64,000 bases of DNA, from NCBI GenBank assembly GCA_001724265.1, contig MEDY01000078.1, positions 1 through 64,000 on the forward strand. Direction: 5' to 3'. The DNA is from Rhizaria sp. SCN 62-66. Lineage: Eukaryota. This document shows, piece by piece, positions 25,518 to 37,800 of the stretch; positions within the stretch are counted from its first letter, which is position 1; each line of letters opens with the position of its first letter. The notes under the pieces are model-generated. The model had not been told where the DNA came from and ran no database searches. It worked only from the letters and a program-made list of their open reading frames with translations. Both the position numbers and the translations under genes were made by a program.

Positions 25518-26476
25518 GAACTTCGGGTACTGTGCGCAGAGATGCGTTGTGCTGCGGTGTGCGGACTCCAAACGGCATGAGTCCGTTTGTCTGGCGAGTT
25601 TGAGTCTGGACGAGTGATAGAGTACCACCTCAGGGCTAACGCGCAGCGCAGTGGTAGGCTTATCATGAACTATAGGAGGGCTGTCGGTGGCCAGGTTCAT
25701 TAAGATGGCCAACGAAAGAGATACGAGACATTGATTTGTGTCAAATACACAGTTGTGCTCACGAGAAACGCGCCCTTTTTTCCGCAACGTGATATCAAGT
25801 TCGACTTGAAAACTCCAGGACAAGCACCTTATGCGCTCGTTTTGTTATAACTCAACGTCTCACGAGATTAAAATAAGCTTGCTTGATTTCACTGCGATAC
25901 ACAAAACACTTTTTTCTTACCCGGGTGATTTCACTAAGTTATGATTGTTGGACGTCTAAACTTCCCAGCCAGCCCGTGCTGGTTCGCAGAAATTTGAAAC
26001 TGGTGGTTGCTCACGGTCAGTGAGGGCCAGCCAACCACAAACAAAAACGAGTGCCTCGTATCAACCTTGCCTTTTTCAAAAAAGGGCCATATAAATCGGT
26101 ACTACTGTGGAAACTGCAGAAGGTGCAACGCTAATGAAAGTGTTGTTAATGTTGTAGTTCTAATCCCATGTCATGTTTCGCTGTTTGTCGTGCATATAGA
26201 AGCTGGAACTGTTTCGCTCTCAAAACTCACCACGAACTCGCTTTTGTGCTTCCCCGATCTTTGCCTGCAGCACCCGCGTCTTCAAGCGAGCTCTCCGTCG
26301 TTTGATTTCCTTTCCCACGCCCTTGTCTCCTACTAGGCGCGTGTCCGGGCTTTCTTTTTCTCCTTTTTGCATCGCGTTTCCTCCCTCCCGAGTCGCGACC
26401 CCCGTTCCCGCCCTCTCTCCACCACACACGCCTTTTCGCGCCTAACCCGCCCGTTACCGACGTGCACGTTTGTCTC

Positions 26477-28189
26477 ATGAGCAATCCCGTGCCTCGCCCC
26501 GCCGCCGCCGCCCCCGGCGCGGCCTCTGCGCTGCCCGCCGCGTCCATCGCCGCTCTTCGTGTGCAGGAGTCTGACCGCCACGCCTCATACTCGGACATCA
26601 CTGGCGCCTTGGCCAACGAGCTCAACTCACCGACTGAGACTTACTACGCCCCGCTCGCGCTCGCGACCACGGCCTCGATGCACGTCAACCCCGGCGCCGT
26701 CGCCAGCGCCGCGGGCGCCCCCGTGCGCGTGGCTGCCGCGCCCTCCGCCGGCTCGGCTGCCGTGACCCCCGCCGCCTCTGCCACCACGCCTGCTCCTGCT
26801 CCCGCCGCTGCCGCTGCTGCCGGCGCCGCACCGCTGCTGGCGCAAACGCAGATGCTGCGCCAGTCCTCCGGCAACGCCAGCTCCAGCACCGCAATCGCCA
26901 CGAACGCGACCGCCAACCAGGGCGTCGGCGCTGGCGCTGGTTCGATCAGCCTGATGCCCCGCATTCCCGCCTCGGCCTCCTCGTCGTCGTCCAGCACGAG
27001 TCTCTCGAAGCGCTCGCTCTCGGGTGCGCCGGGCGCTCTCCCCGGCGTCGCAAGTGGGCTTATTGGCGGCCCCGGCAGCGGCCCCCACAGCAGCAACCCC
27101 GCCGCCGCCGCCGCCGCCGCCGCTGGCGGACTTGCGCTGCCTTCGCCGATCCCCATGTCCAACGCCATCGCGAGGGCCCCCGCGGCCGTGATGGGCAGCG
27201 CCGGCGCCGCCGCCCCTGCGGCCGCGGGCGCGGCTCTGTTTGCGCACGGCATGTCGCGCACTTCGTCCAACACCACAAACAACAACAACGCCGCCGCTAC
27301 CGCCGGCGGCGCTCTTCCAGGCGTCGGCGTCAGCGGCGGTGTGTCGGCCGGCGTCGGCGCGACCCCGGCCGGCAGCGTCACCGCGTCGCTGGGCGCTGCG
27401 CGGCCGTCGTCGTCGCCCAACAGCAGCGCTCAGTCGCTGAGCAGCGCACAGTCGCTCGGCACCGCGCCGGCGCTGGGCAGCGTCCAGTCCATGGGCGGAC
27501 CCGGCCCCCAGTCGCTGGGCGGGGCGCTGTTGCCCAACAGCCTCTCGTCGACGTTCTCCAGCAACCTGCAAGCCTTCACTGGCGGCCTCCACAACGCCAG
27601 CGCCGCCGCCAACGCCGCCAACGCCGGCCTCATCGGGAGCATCACCGGCATCGGCTCGGGTCATGCAAGCTCCAACAGTAGCATGTCGGCGGCGGACGGC
27701 GGGCTGGCCTCTCCCGCTGCCAGCCTCGCGATCCCCGGGCTGCAGGCCATGAGCACTGCCATCACGACGCAGGGCGGCATCGTCTCGCGCATCTCCGACG
27801 CCGCCGCCGCCGCGGTCAAGACCGCCGTGGGCACGCAAGCCGGTTCCGCCGCGCGCTCGGCGCTGGCGTCGCCTCCGGGCGGCTACTCGGCTCTGCGCGC
27901 CCCTGGCGCCGCCAACGGATACGGCACTCAGCAGCAGCAGCAGCAGCAGCAGCAAGCTCAGCAGCAGCAGCAGCAGGGCCAGCTGGCTGCGCCTTACGCC
28001 GCGGGTTCCCGCCGCCCGACCGCCGCCCTCGCCGCGGGCGCGGGCAGCGTCGGCAGCGCGGGCAGCTTGCACCAGCAGCAGCAGCAGCTGCAGCAGACGC
28101 GCAAGACGGCCGCCTACGCTGCCGCCGCCGCCAACTCGGCCGCCGGCGCCGCGGCATCCTCGCCCGCTGCGGTGGGCTCGGCCATTGCG

Positions 28190-28220
<31 letters not shown>

Positions 28221-30202
28221 CTGGTGGCAACGCCGGCCCTGGCCGCCGCAACAGCCGCGTCTCGGCCGCCCAACAGCAGCAACAGCAGCGGCAGCAGCAG
28301 CTGCTGGTGGACGCTAGCGGCTCGCGCGGCCGCAGTGGCGCTACCAGCGGCAGCGGCAGCGGCGGCAGCGGCGCCGCGACTGGCCACGGCCACGGGCACG
28401 GGAGCAAGGGCATGCTGTACAGCGACATCAACAGCGACGTGTCGCAGAACGCGCGCCGCGCGCTCGTGCACAGCATGCAGAGCGCGCGCGTCATGGCGCT
28501 CGACGCCGCTGCGGATCCCAGTGCGGCGGCGGTGCTGGCTGCAACGACTGCTGCGTCCAGCTCGGCTGCGGCCGCAGCGACCGCCGCTGCTGCCGCCGCC
28601 GCCAACGGCCGCAAGCGCCGCGCCGGTGCCGTCACTGCCGCGGGCGGCGCTGGCAGCACGGCGGCGGGCCGCAAGCGCGCGCGCAACGCCGACGGCAGCA
28701 GCAGCGGCAGTGGCAGCGGCGCCGGAAACAACGCGGACGAGGACGACGACGACAACGACGACGACGACGACGACGGCGCCGGTGAGGGCGACTTGCACAG
28801 CGAAGTGATCCGGCTGCCCGCGAAGCCCTACGACGCCGTGTCGCGGCTCGCGCGGCTGCAGCGGTGGCTCGAGAAGCGTGCGCGCATTCTCCACGCGACA
28901 GAGCGCCGCGTCATCTACCAGTGCCGCAAGGAGTTCGCAGACGAGCGGCCCCGCATTGGCGGCCGCTTCATCAGGAAGGTACGGACATGACACGGCATGA
29001 CACTGAAACAAAACAAAAACCGATTAAATAGTTTAAACAACCTTGAAGCGTTGGAATATTTCAATTTCTATCTCTCACAATTCGTCACTTTGATTCCCTG
29101 TTGTGCTCCTCCTCCCCCTTTGCAGACCGACGAGCAGAAGCGCGAGGCCGAGGCGGCCAAGGCGGCTGAGAAACAGCGCAAGAAGCTCGAGAAGGAGGCC
29201 GAGAAGCAGAACAAGAAGCTGGCCAAGGGCGGCGCCAAGGGCCGCAACGGGCGCGCCATCGTCAACGCCGCCGCGGCTGCCAACGCCGCGGTCGCCAATG
29301 CCGCGCTCGCAGTCGCCGCGCGCTCTGCCGCCGCCGCCAACGCCGCCACCCATCCCAGCGGCGCTGGCGGCCGCGGCTACGGCGTTGGCAACAGTAGCTC
29401 GCTTTCAGCTCTGTCGCTGCCTCAGCAGGTTAACAACAGCGGCAGCGCCGCTGCCGGCGGAATGCCCGCCCCCGGCGCTGCCGGCCGCGGCGGCCGCGGT
29501 GGCAGCTCCGCCGCGCTCGTTGCCGCCGCCGCCGCTGCTGCCGCCGCCGGTGCAGACTCTGGCGCGCTGGCCCAGGCCCAGGACGCCGCCGCCACCGCCG
29601 CGCCGATGCTGGGCGCGGTGCTCGCTCCGCCGGTGCCCGGCCGCCGGCCCAGCGCGGCGCGCCACCAGATGCAGCAGCAGATGCTGCTCAACAGCGGCGC
29701 CGCTGCGACCGCGGGCGGCATTCTCCCCGGCCCTGGCAGCGCCAGCGGCATGCCGCCGCCCCAGCAGCGCATCGCGGCCGCGGTCACCGGCGGCCGCGGC
29801 GGCGGCGCAGTGATGCCCCCGCCCTCCGTGCCCGCCCCCGCTGCGCCGGCGCCGGCACCGCTGCCGGCGCTGACCGCGCGCGCGGCGACTCGCCAGTCGT
29901 CCCGCCACGCCGCCCCCGCCGCCGGCCACCACGACTGGGCCGCCCCGGCGTCTGACTCGGCCGCTGCGGCCGGGCTGGGCGGCCTCGGCGGCCTGGGTCT
30001 GTCAACCTCTGCGGGCGCAGGCGGCCGCGGCGGCAGGCTCGTCCCGGGCGCGCTCGCGTCGCCCAGCGCCAGCGACAACGGCGGGCTCATGTTGAGCACC
30101 GGCATGGGCATCGGCGCTGGCGTTGGGGACGGCGGCGTTGGCGTGGGTGCGCTGGCGCCCGGCGTGCTGGGCACCACGCGCTCGGGCCGCAAGATGCGGT
30201 GA
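26477..30202 (+). CDS. CCT-motif (CONSTANS/CO-like/TOC1) protein, otherwise Ala/Gly/Ser/Gln low complexity, ~1192 aa. Model: join(26477..28978,29126..30202)
   Basis: RLARLQRWLEKRARILHATERRVIYQCRKEFADERPRIGGRFIRK matches the CCT motif (~28843-28978). Intron 28979..29125 (GTACGG..CAG), phase 0. Basic NLS-like segments RKRR and RKRAR. Confidence 0.85.
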
Positions 30203-31865
30203 GTGTACGCGGTGAATACCGGACAAGTAGACCTCAGATCGGGCAAATATATTATCACGGATCTCGTCTATAATAAGAACCGGTTAACGTAAGTCTATCA
30301 CAAGGCACCAGTTTGTAACGGTGAGCAGAAACGTCAGCATGTTCAAAGTCCACGATATTTGTGTTGTTGCTTTACCACCACAAGTAATTTTCGTAATAGC
30401 TTTGATGTTATAGTTTTTATGTTATTAGTTTTGATGTTTAAATTGTTGGCCTTGTGGTTTGTAATGACTTGATGGACCCCTTGGTTGATATTCGCGAGCA
30501 GCAGAGACAACATGCAGTCGCCTCGTCATGTGGCCTCTCAGCTCGTTATGTTTGTTTTGTTTTGATTTGGTTTGATGGTGTAGTATTGATGGTGCTGTGT
30601 TTTGCCCAGAATCAAGGCCTTCTAAGGAGAAGGACCTGTGTGTGCTAAGTTCAAACGATAATAACAAAAAACAGTTTCCTTTGAAAGAAAACAATTTTAA
30701 GATAATCAGAATACAAAAATAATGAGAATACAAAAAGAATTCCAAGCGAGATTATATTGCAAACAGAAATCACTCCTTCAATAATTTGCCAGATTTGGAG
30801 ATCGGGTTCTGACGTTCGCTGATACTATTATGTAATACTACTTGTACGTCATGGTCGTTGTCATCGATAGTGTATCATGCAGCGCTACTCGTAAGCGAGA
30901 CAGGGGATATTGGTTCTGACCCAGCCGTACTGGGAAAAGGTGTTGAACCGCGTAACGTGTTCATGGCAGCCTTCTTTGCTGCGGGCGGTAAAAACATACA
31001 GTGTGCAGTACTTACTAGTAAACTTAACGTAACATGGCGTCCAACGATGTGATGATGCTTCTCACAAGCTAGTGGTATCCATTGTGGGCGACATCATAAA
31101 AGAATGAAAGCCGTTAAATCATCATGTTACGTATATGTTGCGTGCACCTCACTCGTAATGTCAAGATACGTAATACGAGTATTTAGGTGCACCTTTCTTA
31201 AGTTGCTGCGACACGTGTTTCATGAAGGGCTACGCTAGAAAACGTTTGGTAACCGAAAAGGAAGATTTTCCGCGCGTAAGGAAGACTAATCATATGTATT
31301 GTTGTTGTTGGGAGTGAGTAATGATCACTCATAAACTAATGAACTGAGCGAAACAATATGACGAAGTGCTAAGTAACGCTTGATCGCTCGGTGGTAAAAG
31401 GTGAAAGTAGATAACATGTTGAAAAGTAAACAACGAGAGGACGCAATACACACATACTAGTGTGGTAACTGTACATGCAAGCACATATATAGGTTGTTGC
31501 CAAGAGTGCGGCAATTGTCTGGTGCAACAAACAACGGCTGTGCAACTAAGCAATTAGTATTTAGCAGGAGCGTCTCAACCGAGACACACGGATTAAACAG
31601 TGTGAAAGTCTGCTGATGTTTAAACAGAAGAAATAACAAACGAAATACAAAAAGACGCGATAAATGTAAATGAATCAAACGATACTCAGAATTCGATGTC
31701 GCAGTTGCTAAAGAACAGCCAGACACATTATCTCGAACTGAGTCAAGTGTAAATGTGTCGGAAATGAAGATATCACCGCAGAAATAAAAGAAAACACAAT
31801 AACTAACAGGTCACTAATGTGCAAGTAACCCGTGAAACCGTTGAGATACTTGGATGTCGGTGGGC

Positions 31866-34800
31866 TTAGTCCCGCAGCGCCCCGCACTTACGGAGCGCGT
31901 CGACGAGCTCAGTGGGTGGCTGCGCATCCGGCGCCTGCTCCAGCACAGCGGCCGCGAGTTCCATCTGTAGACGCAGCTGCTGCAGCAGGCGGGCCTCGAC
32001 TTGGGCGCGTGCGGCGGCGATGTCGTCACTGCAGTCCAACACAACACCATCATCAGGGTCATCAGAGTTTGCTGCATCCGTGTGCTGCTCCTGGTCTTGC
32101 TGCTGTTGCGTGAGCACAGAACCAACAGTGGTGGCAGTCGCGGCGGTGGCCTGCGTGTGTGCCGCAAGCAGGTGCGCGCGCAATGCTGCCAACTGCGCAA
32201 CAGCAACCGCAGACTCATCCCCGCCGCACACTACGTTCCCATGAGCGCGGCTATTGTGAGGATCAACAAAGCGAATGCCGGAGCCAGCACAAAGCAACGC
32301 GCTGTTGTCGTCGACAGGAGACTGTGCCAGTGACTGCGTGCGCGGGCCGTCATCAGTCTCGTCCCAGACAGCCGGCGCCAAGAAGTCAGGTCGCGTCTCA
32401 TGCAACAGGCTGTTCGTGGCAAAGCTGTTGTCGCGGGGCATAGTCGCGCCCTTGCGTTGAGCGCCCTCGTGGCGCACGAGACTCGACGACTGAGCCAGGA
32501 GAGCTGTCAACGCCGCGACTGCGCCGGCCTCTGTTCTAACAGCCCCGGTCGACACAGCGCTACCAACGTCATCGTCATCAGCGTTGTTCGCAGTCTGATA
32601 GCTGGGGACATCGCTGGTCTTGCTCTGTGCAGTGATACCGAGCACGCGGGGGCCGAGCTTGCCCTTGTTCCGGCCGTGAACAGGTGCGGACTTGAGCGCC
32701 GCCACCGCCGCAGCCGCCAGCGCGTCGTCGACGTGGACATGGGCGGCGAAGCCACCGGCAACAGTCGCGGACACAGCGTGTGCGTGGACAGCTGCAGCAG
32801 CGGCGGCGGCGTCGGCGGCGGCAGACTTGTGCTTGGCGTCGAGCGGGGTCAGCACGAAAGACTGCAGCGCGCTAGTAGCCGCTGCACACTCAGCAGCCGT
32901 CGCTTCAGGCCTCTTGGCGGTGGCGACGGCGCTGCCTGTCGTGGCTGCGGAGGCGGCTGAGTCAGCAATGGTCGACGCAACTCGGCTGTGCTCGGCCTCG
33001 CTAGACGCCTCACTCTGTTTGTCCGCGTCGGCGTCAGCGTCGCTGGTGCTGCCGTCGTCGCTGCGGCTGTCGCTGTCGGTGCGCGCGCGCGAGTGGCTGC
33101 GGCTGTCGGTGGTGTCGGCCTGGTCGTGGCCGGTGACACCGTGGCGCAACAGCACGGCGGCAAGCTCGTCGTCGTAGCCAGTGTCGACACTGTCACCGAC
33201 GGTGACGCCAGGGCTAGCACCCATGTCCTCGCCGTAGTCGACGCCGTCGCCGATGGCACCGCCACCGTCAGCATTGTCCTCAGGGACGGCAATGTCCCTG
33301 TTCTGGGTGCTGATGGGGTTGTTACCGGCGCCGCGCATGACAACGGGAACGCCTTCGGGGGGACTGTTGCTCGCCTCCAGAGCAGCGACAAGCGCCTCGA
33401 GCAAGAGGCCCTCAGTCTCCGCACTGCTACCGAGAGGCGCAGAGCCATCATCCGCGGCAGCAGCAGCGGAGGCCGCAGCAGCAGCGGCGATGACTGCAGC
33501 CGTAGCAGAGTCTCTCGTGCGGGAGCCGGCGAAAAAGTGGGCCGACCGCACGAGCGTCGCCAGCAAGCTTGGAGCCGCGGACTGCTCGTTGACCTTGTTC
33601 GTCAGCAGCGACAGAGCGCCGGACTCCTCCTCTTCCTCGTCCTCGTTGTCGCTGTCGCTGTGAGCCTTCTTATCGCCGGGATGCACGACCACAGCGTTCG
33701 CGCTGACAGCAGCCGCGGCCGCGGCGGTCGCGGCGGCAGCAGCAGCAGCAGCAGCACTCGTGGCGTTACGACTGGTGATCGCAACGGGCTGCGGCACCGG
33801 AGGTGCTTGCGCGGCAAAGAAGGCGCGCAGATATGCCGAGTACGCGTCCTTGGCCCTCTCCGTAGCCGCGTCCGCCTTGGCGTAAAGCGCGGCCGCGCGC
33901 GCCGTGGCCGCCGTCAACGCCGCCGTGGCGGTGGCAAGGCGGCGCTGGTGCAGCGCCCGCGCCGCGGGGGCCGCGAGCGCAAAGCGGAGGTAGAGCGGGG
34001 CGACGACGGCGTTAGTGAGCAGGATGACGATGACGGAGCCGACGAGCCACTGGGGCATCGCGAGGGGCAGCCAGCTGGACAGGTTCACCGCGAATGTGAC
34101 GATGATGAGCGCGACCGCAATGCCCCACAGCAGCAGCAGAGCAACTGCGACGGGGAAACCACTGGTGGAGGCAGCGTTGTTATTGCGCATCCGCGGATTC
34201 GGGATGATTGCGAGGCCGCCGGCGCGAGGACGGAGGGCAGCGTCCAAGTCAACGTCGGCGGGAGCGACGACGGCGGGACCGTAGAACTCTGCCTGCTCGC
34301 TGCTGTTCGCCCTCGCGTTACGCTCGGTCTGGGCATTGGCAACGGCGCTGCTCACGCCCGCGTTGTGGATGGTGACAATCGTAGTGACTCCAGCGGGATC
34401 AACCTCCGCATCGTCCGTCGCAGACTTCTTCTTGGCGCTCCTGATGTCACGCTCGCGCTCGCGGTCGCAGGCGCGGCGGTGGCGGCGGGCGGCGCGCGCG
34501 CGGCGCACTGTGGCGGCGACAAGGGCGGCGTCGTCGAGCTCGTATCCAGTCGGGATGGTCACCTCTGCGTCAGCACGGGCGGTGTGCGCGTGCGAGTGGA
34601 CGACAGCGTAGTTATTGCTGCTGTTGACATCAACGGAGTTGGAGTGCGAGATCGAGTCACGCTGCGAATGCGACGATGGGACCTCGGACCGCAACGGCTG
34701 GGAGCCGGACGTTGAGCGCGAGTGCGAGTACGAGTGTGAGTGCATGTGGCTACTGTCCGCTCCTGTGGGGGGCGGCTTGGCGGTGTCTTTGTCCGCGCTG

Positions 34801-37800
34801 CTGCGACGACGGCTGTGGCGGCCATTGCCGCGGCGGCTGCTGCTTCGCTGACTGTGAACACGAGGCGGGCTGCTCGCATCCACGAGAGCGCGACTCAAGC
34901 TAATGTTGGCCTGCGCGTTGTTGCCGTTGAAGGAGTTACGAGCGCCAAGCATCACCATATCATCATCATCATCGTCGTCAATAAAGTTGTTGTTCCTCTT
35001 GCCACGGCGCTCAACATCGGTCTCAGACTCCGATTCAGACCCAGAGTCCGAGTTCGACTCGGAACCAGAGCCAGAGTCTGACTTGGTGTCGGACTCAGGC
35101 TCAGAGCTTGAGCTGTGGTCCTGAGGCTTCTTCGCGTCGTCATCGTCGCTGCCGCTGCTGCTGCTGTCGCTGCTGCTGCTGTCGTGGTCAGAAGGCCAAC
35201 TGACACCGGCCCACGCAGTCGCGTTGCGGGGGACGGCACGGGCGGCGTGCAGGCGGAGGCGGAGGCTACTGCGACTATGACTGACACTTTGACTCTGTGT
35301 GCTGGCAACAACAAGAGCGCCAGCGTCTACGTGCCGATCGTCACCCTGGCTGTTATAGCTAACATCGCTAACGTCGTTGCCGATGGTGTTAGCGGGGTCA
35401 ATGACAGTGTTGCAGTCGTCGTCGACATAGTCGCTGATGTCAATCGGCGCACGCCAGGGCATCCCGCCGCCGCCAACGCCGGCACAGTGGCCGTAGCCGC
35501 TGCCAAAGCGGCCGTGGGCAGTCGCACTGTGCGCGGCGTCCGCGGCGTCGCCGAAGTGGCCGTGCGCGGCCGTGCCGGGGCTGCGCGCGTCGACGCAGCC
35601 CCAGGCGCGCCACAGGCCGGAGCGCCGCAGCGCCAGCATGGGCACCGCCGCGGCGACGGAGTCGACGTCGGTCGAGTCGGGCTCCGTGTCGGCGGCGGAA
35701 GCCGACTTGGTGGTGCCGCCCGCCTTGGGCTTCGCGCTCTTGGACTTGCCCGCCGCGCCGCCGCGAGGGCTGTTGTCGCCGACGTACGGCAGCGTGAGCG
35801 TGAGAGAGCGTTCGAACCGTGAGTCGGCCTCGGGATCGAGATCGAATTGACCGTCGCCGTTGGCGTTCTCTGCTTCCACTTCCTCCTCCTCCTCTTCGTT
35901 ATTCGCGCCGTTGGCACTAATAGCCGAACGAACGTTTGCGGCCGCGTTCGCGTGAATGTCAGCATTATTCTGAGGGACGAAGGGACTATTCGAGTACGGC
36001 GCGGGTAACAACGATAGCAGCGAGACATCACTCAGGCCGAACCCCATCGCGGCACGCCGCAAAAGCGCGGACGTGTCGTTCAGGTCAACGCGGCGACTGT
36101 TGGCAGCGGCCGCCTTGCTCTTCTTCGAGTTGCTTCGCTTAGCGGTCGCCTTACCGGCGCTTTTGCTCTGCAGCCTTGCCTCGGTCGCAGCGGCGGCGCG
36201 CAGGCGGGCCCAGAGCCCGCCCGCGGTGGCCTCATACTGCTCCTGCGCGGCGGCGGCCGCCGCGGCGGCCTCGGCCTCGGCGTCGCTGTCGTACGACGAG
36301 TACGAGTCCGCTAAGTGGCCTTCCTCGCCCAGATCGCTCTTGTAGTCAAAGTACGGGTCGTCCTCGTCCTCCTCGTCCTCGTCCGGCTGCTCGGGATCGT
36401 TGCCGCCGTCGCCGCCGTCATCAGGGTCAGGGTCGCCGCCCGGGGCGTTGCCTGCAGCAGCGGCAGCAGCGGCAGCGGCAGAAGCAGCAGCGGCAGAAGC
36501 AGCAGCGGCAGTGGCAGCGGCGGCGGCGCGGGCGGAAGCGCGTGCGGCGGCGGCGGTGCGCTCAGCGACGCTCAGTTCACGCGCGGCTATGGCGGCGGCA
36601 GAGACAAGCTCGGGCGTCGCAACGAGACTGAGGCGCGGGGGCGTAACGGCGCGCACTGTGACACTATCATCCTGCAAAGCGGCGTGGACCTGAGTACTCG
36701 GGCTGGTCGCCGTGGGCGTAGAGTTGTTAGGCTTCTTGTTATCACTCTTGCCCAGAGTCTGCTTCTGCTTCTTCTGCTTTTGCGTGCCTTGCTTCTGTGG
36801 AGGCAGAGAGAGATTATCAAAGCCAGCGCCAGCGCCAGAGCAGCGTCGCAGCGCGAGCGCGAGCGCTGGGGCAGGGATGGGCACGTGTAGGCGCAGCAAC
36901 ACGCGCAGGAGCACTTCGTCGCGGCCGGTGTTCTCGCCGCGAGAGCCGTAGCTGTCGCTGGAGCCCTCGGCACCGGTGTCAGTGCCGCTCACCACGCTCC
37001 TGCCAGCGGCCGTGCTGCTGCGTAGAGGCGCCCGGGCACCGCGACGACTCTGGTCACGCTTGCTCTTGCTGCTCACAGCGTGCACGCTGGTCGTGTTGCT
37101 GTAGTAGTTGGTGTCGTTGTTGCTGTGTGTTGGATCGTAGCCGTAGTAGTAGTCGACGCCGTACGTCAGCTTGGACAGGTCGAACTGGCTGGCAGTGACG
37201 ATAGACCAATCCCACCCTGACTCAAAGTCACCTTCGCCCTCGCCATCGTTCTGTTCAGCGTCGATGTCCGTCGCACCCACAGCGTCAGCCGCGGGAGACG
37301 TGTTGTTCGTGTTCACCTGAGCGTTATTAGTATTGGTGTTGTTGTTGTTGCTACGGAGACCAGTCTCTTCGTCGTGCATTGGCACAGTGAAGGGCAACGG
37401 CGCGGACATCGGCACCGGCACGGCCACAGGGGCGTACCGCTTGTTGTCGCCGCGGCCACCCGACAACACCGCCAGCTCGACGACCCCAGCAGTGGCAGCG
37501 GCACCGGCCCTGTGAGCACTCGCGCTTGCGCTCGCATCGACGCTATTGCCGCCGCGGCCGGTTCGCTCCTGCCGTTGCCGCAGCTGCTCCGCCCGCAGCG
37601 CCAGCGCCAGCGCCCGCATCCGGCTCTCGTCGGCGCGCCGCCTGCGGCTGGCCTCGGCCGCCTGCAGCCGCACCGCGGCGCGGCGCGCGCGCTCGGCGGC
37701 GATGAAGCGGGGCGCCAGATGCACGCGCCAGCCCGCCGCGGCGGCGACGCGCGCGGCGAGCACCTTGTCGGTGCACAGGCGCGGGAGCGTCGCAGCGGCG

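Noticed and set aside
26627-29011. 794-aa antisense ORF over the CCT gene, and many similar long antisense or off-frame ORFs (e.g. 32988..34715, 46458..48086, 1725..2843)
   Set aside because: Shadow ORFs expected from very high GC3 and Ala/Gly-rich codons; Arg/Gly-rich translations with no recognisable motifs.
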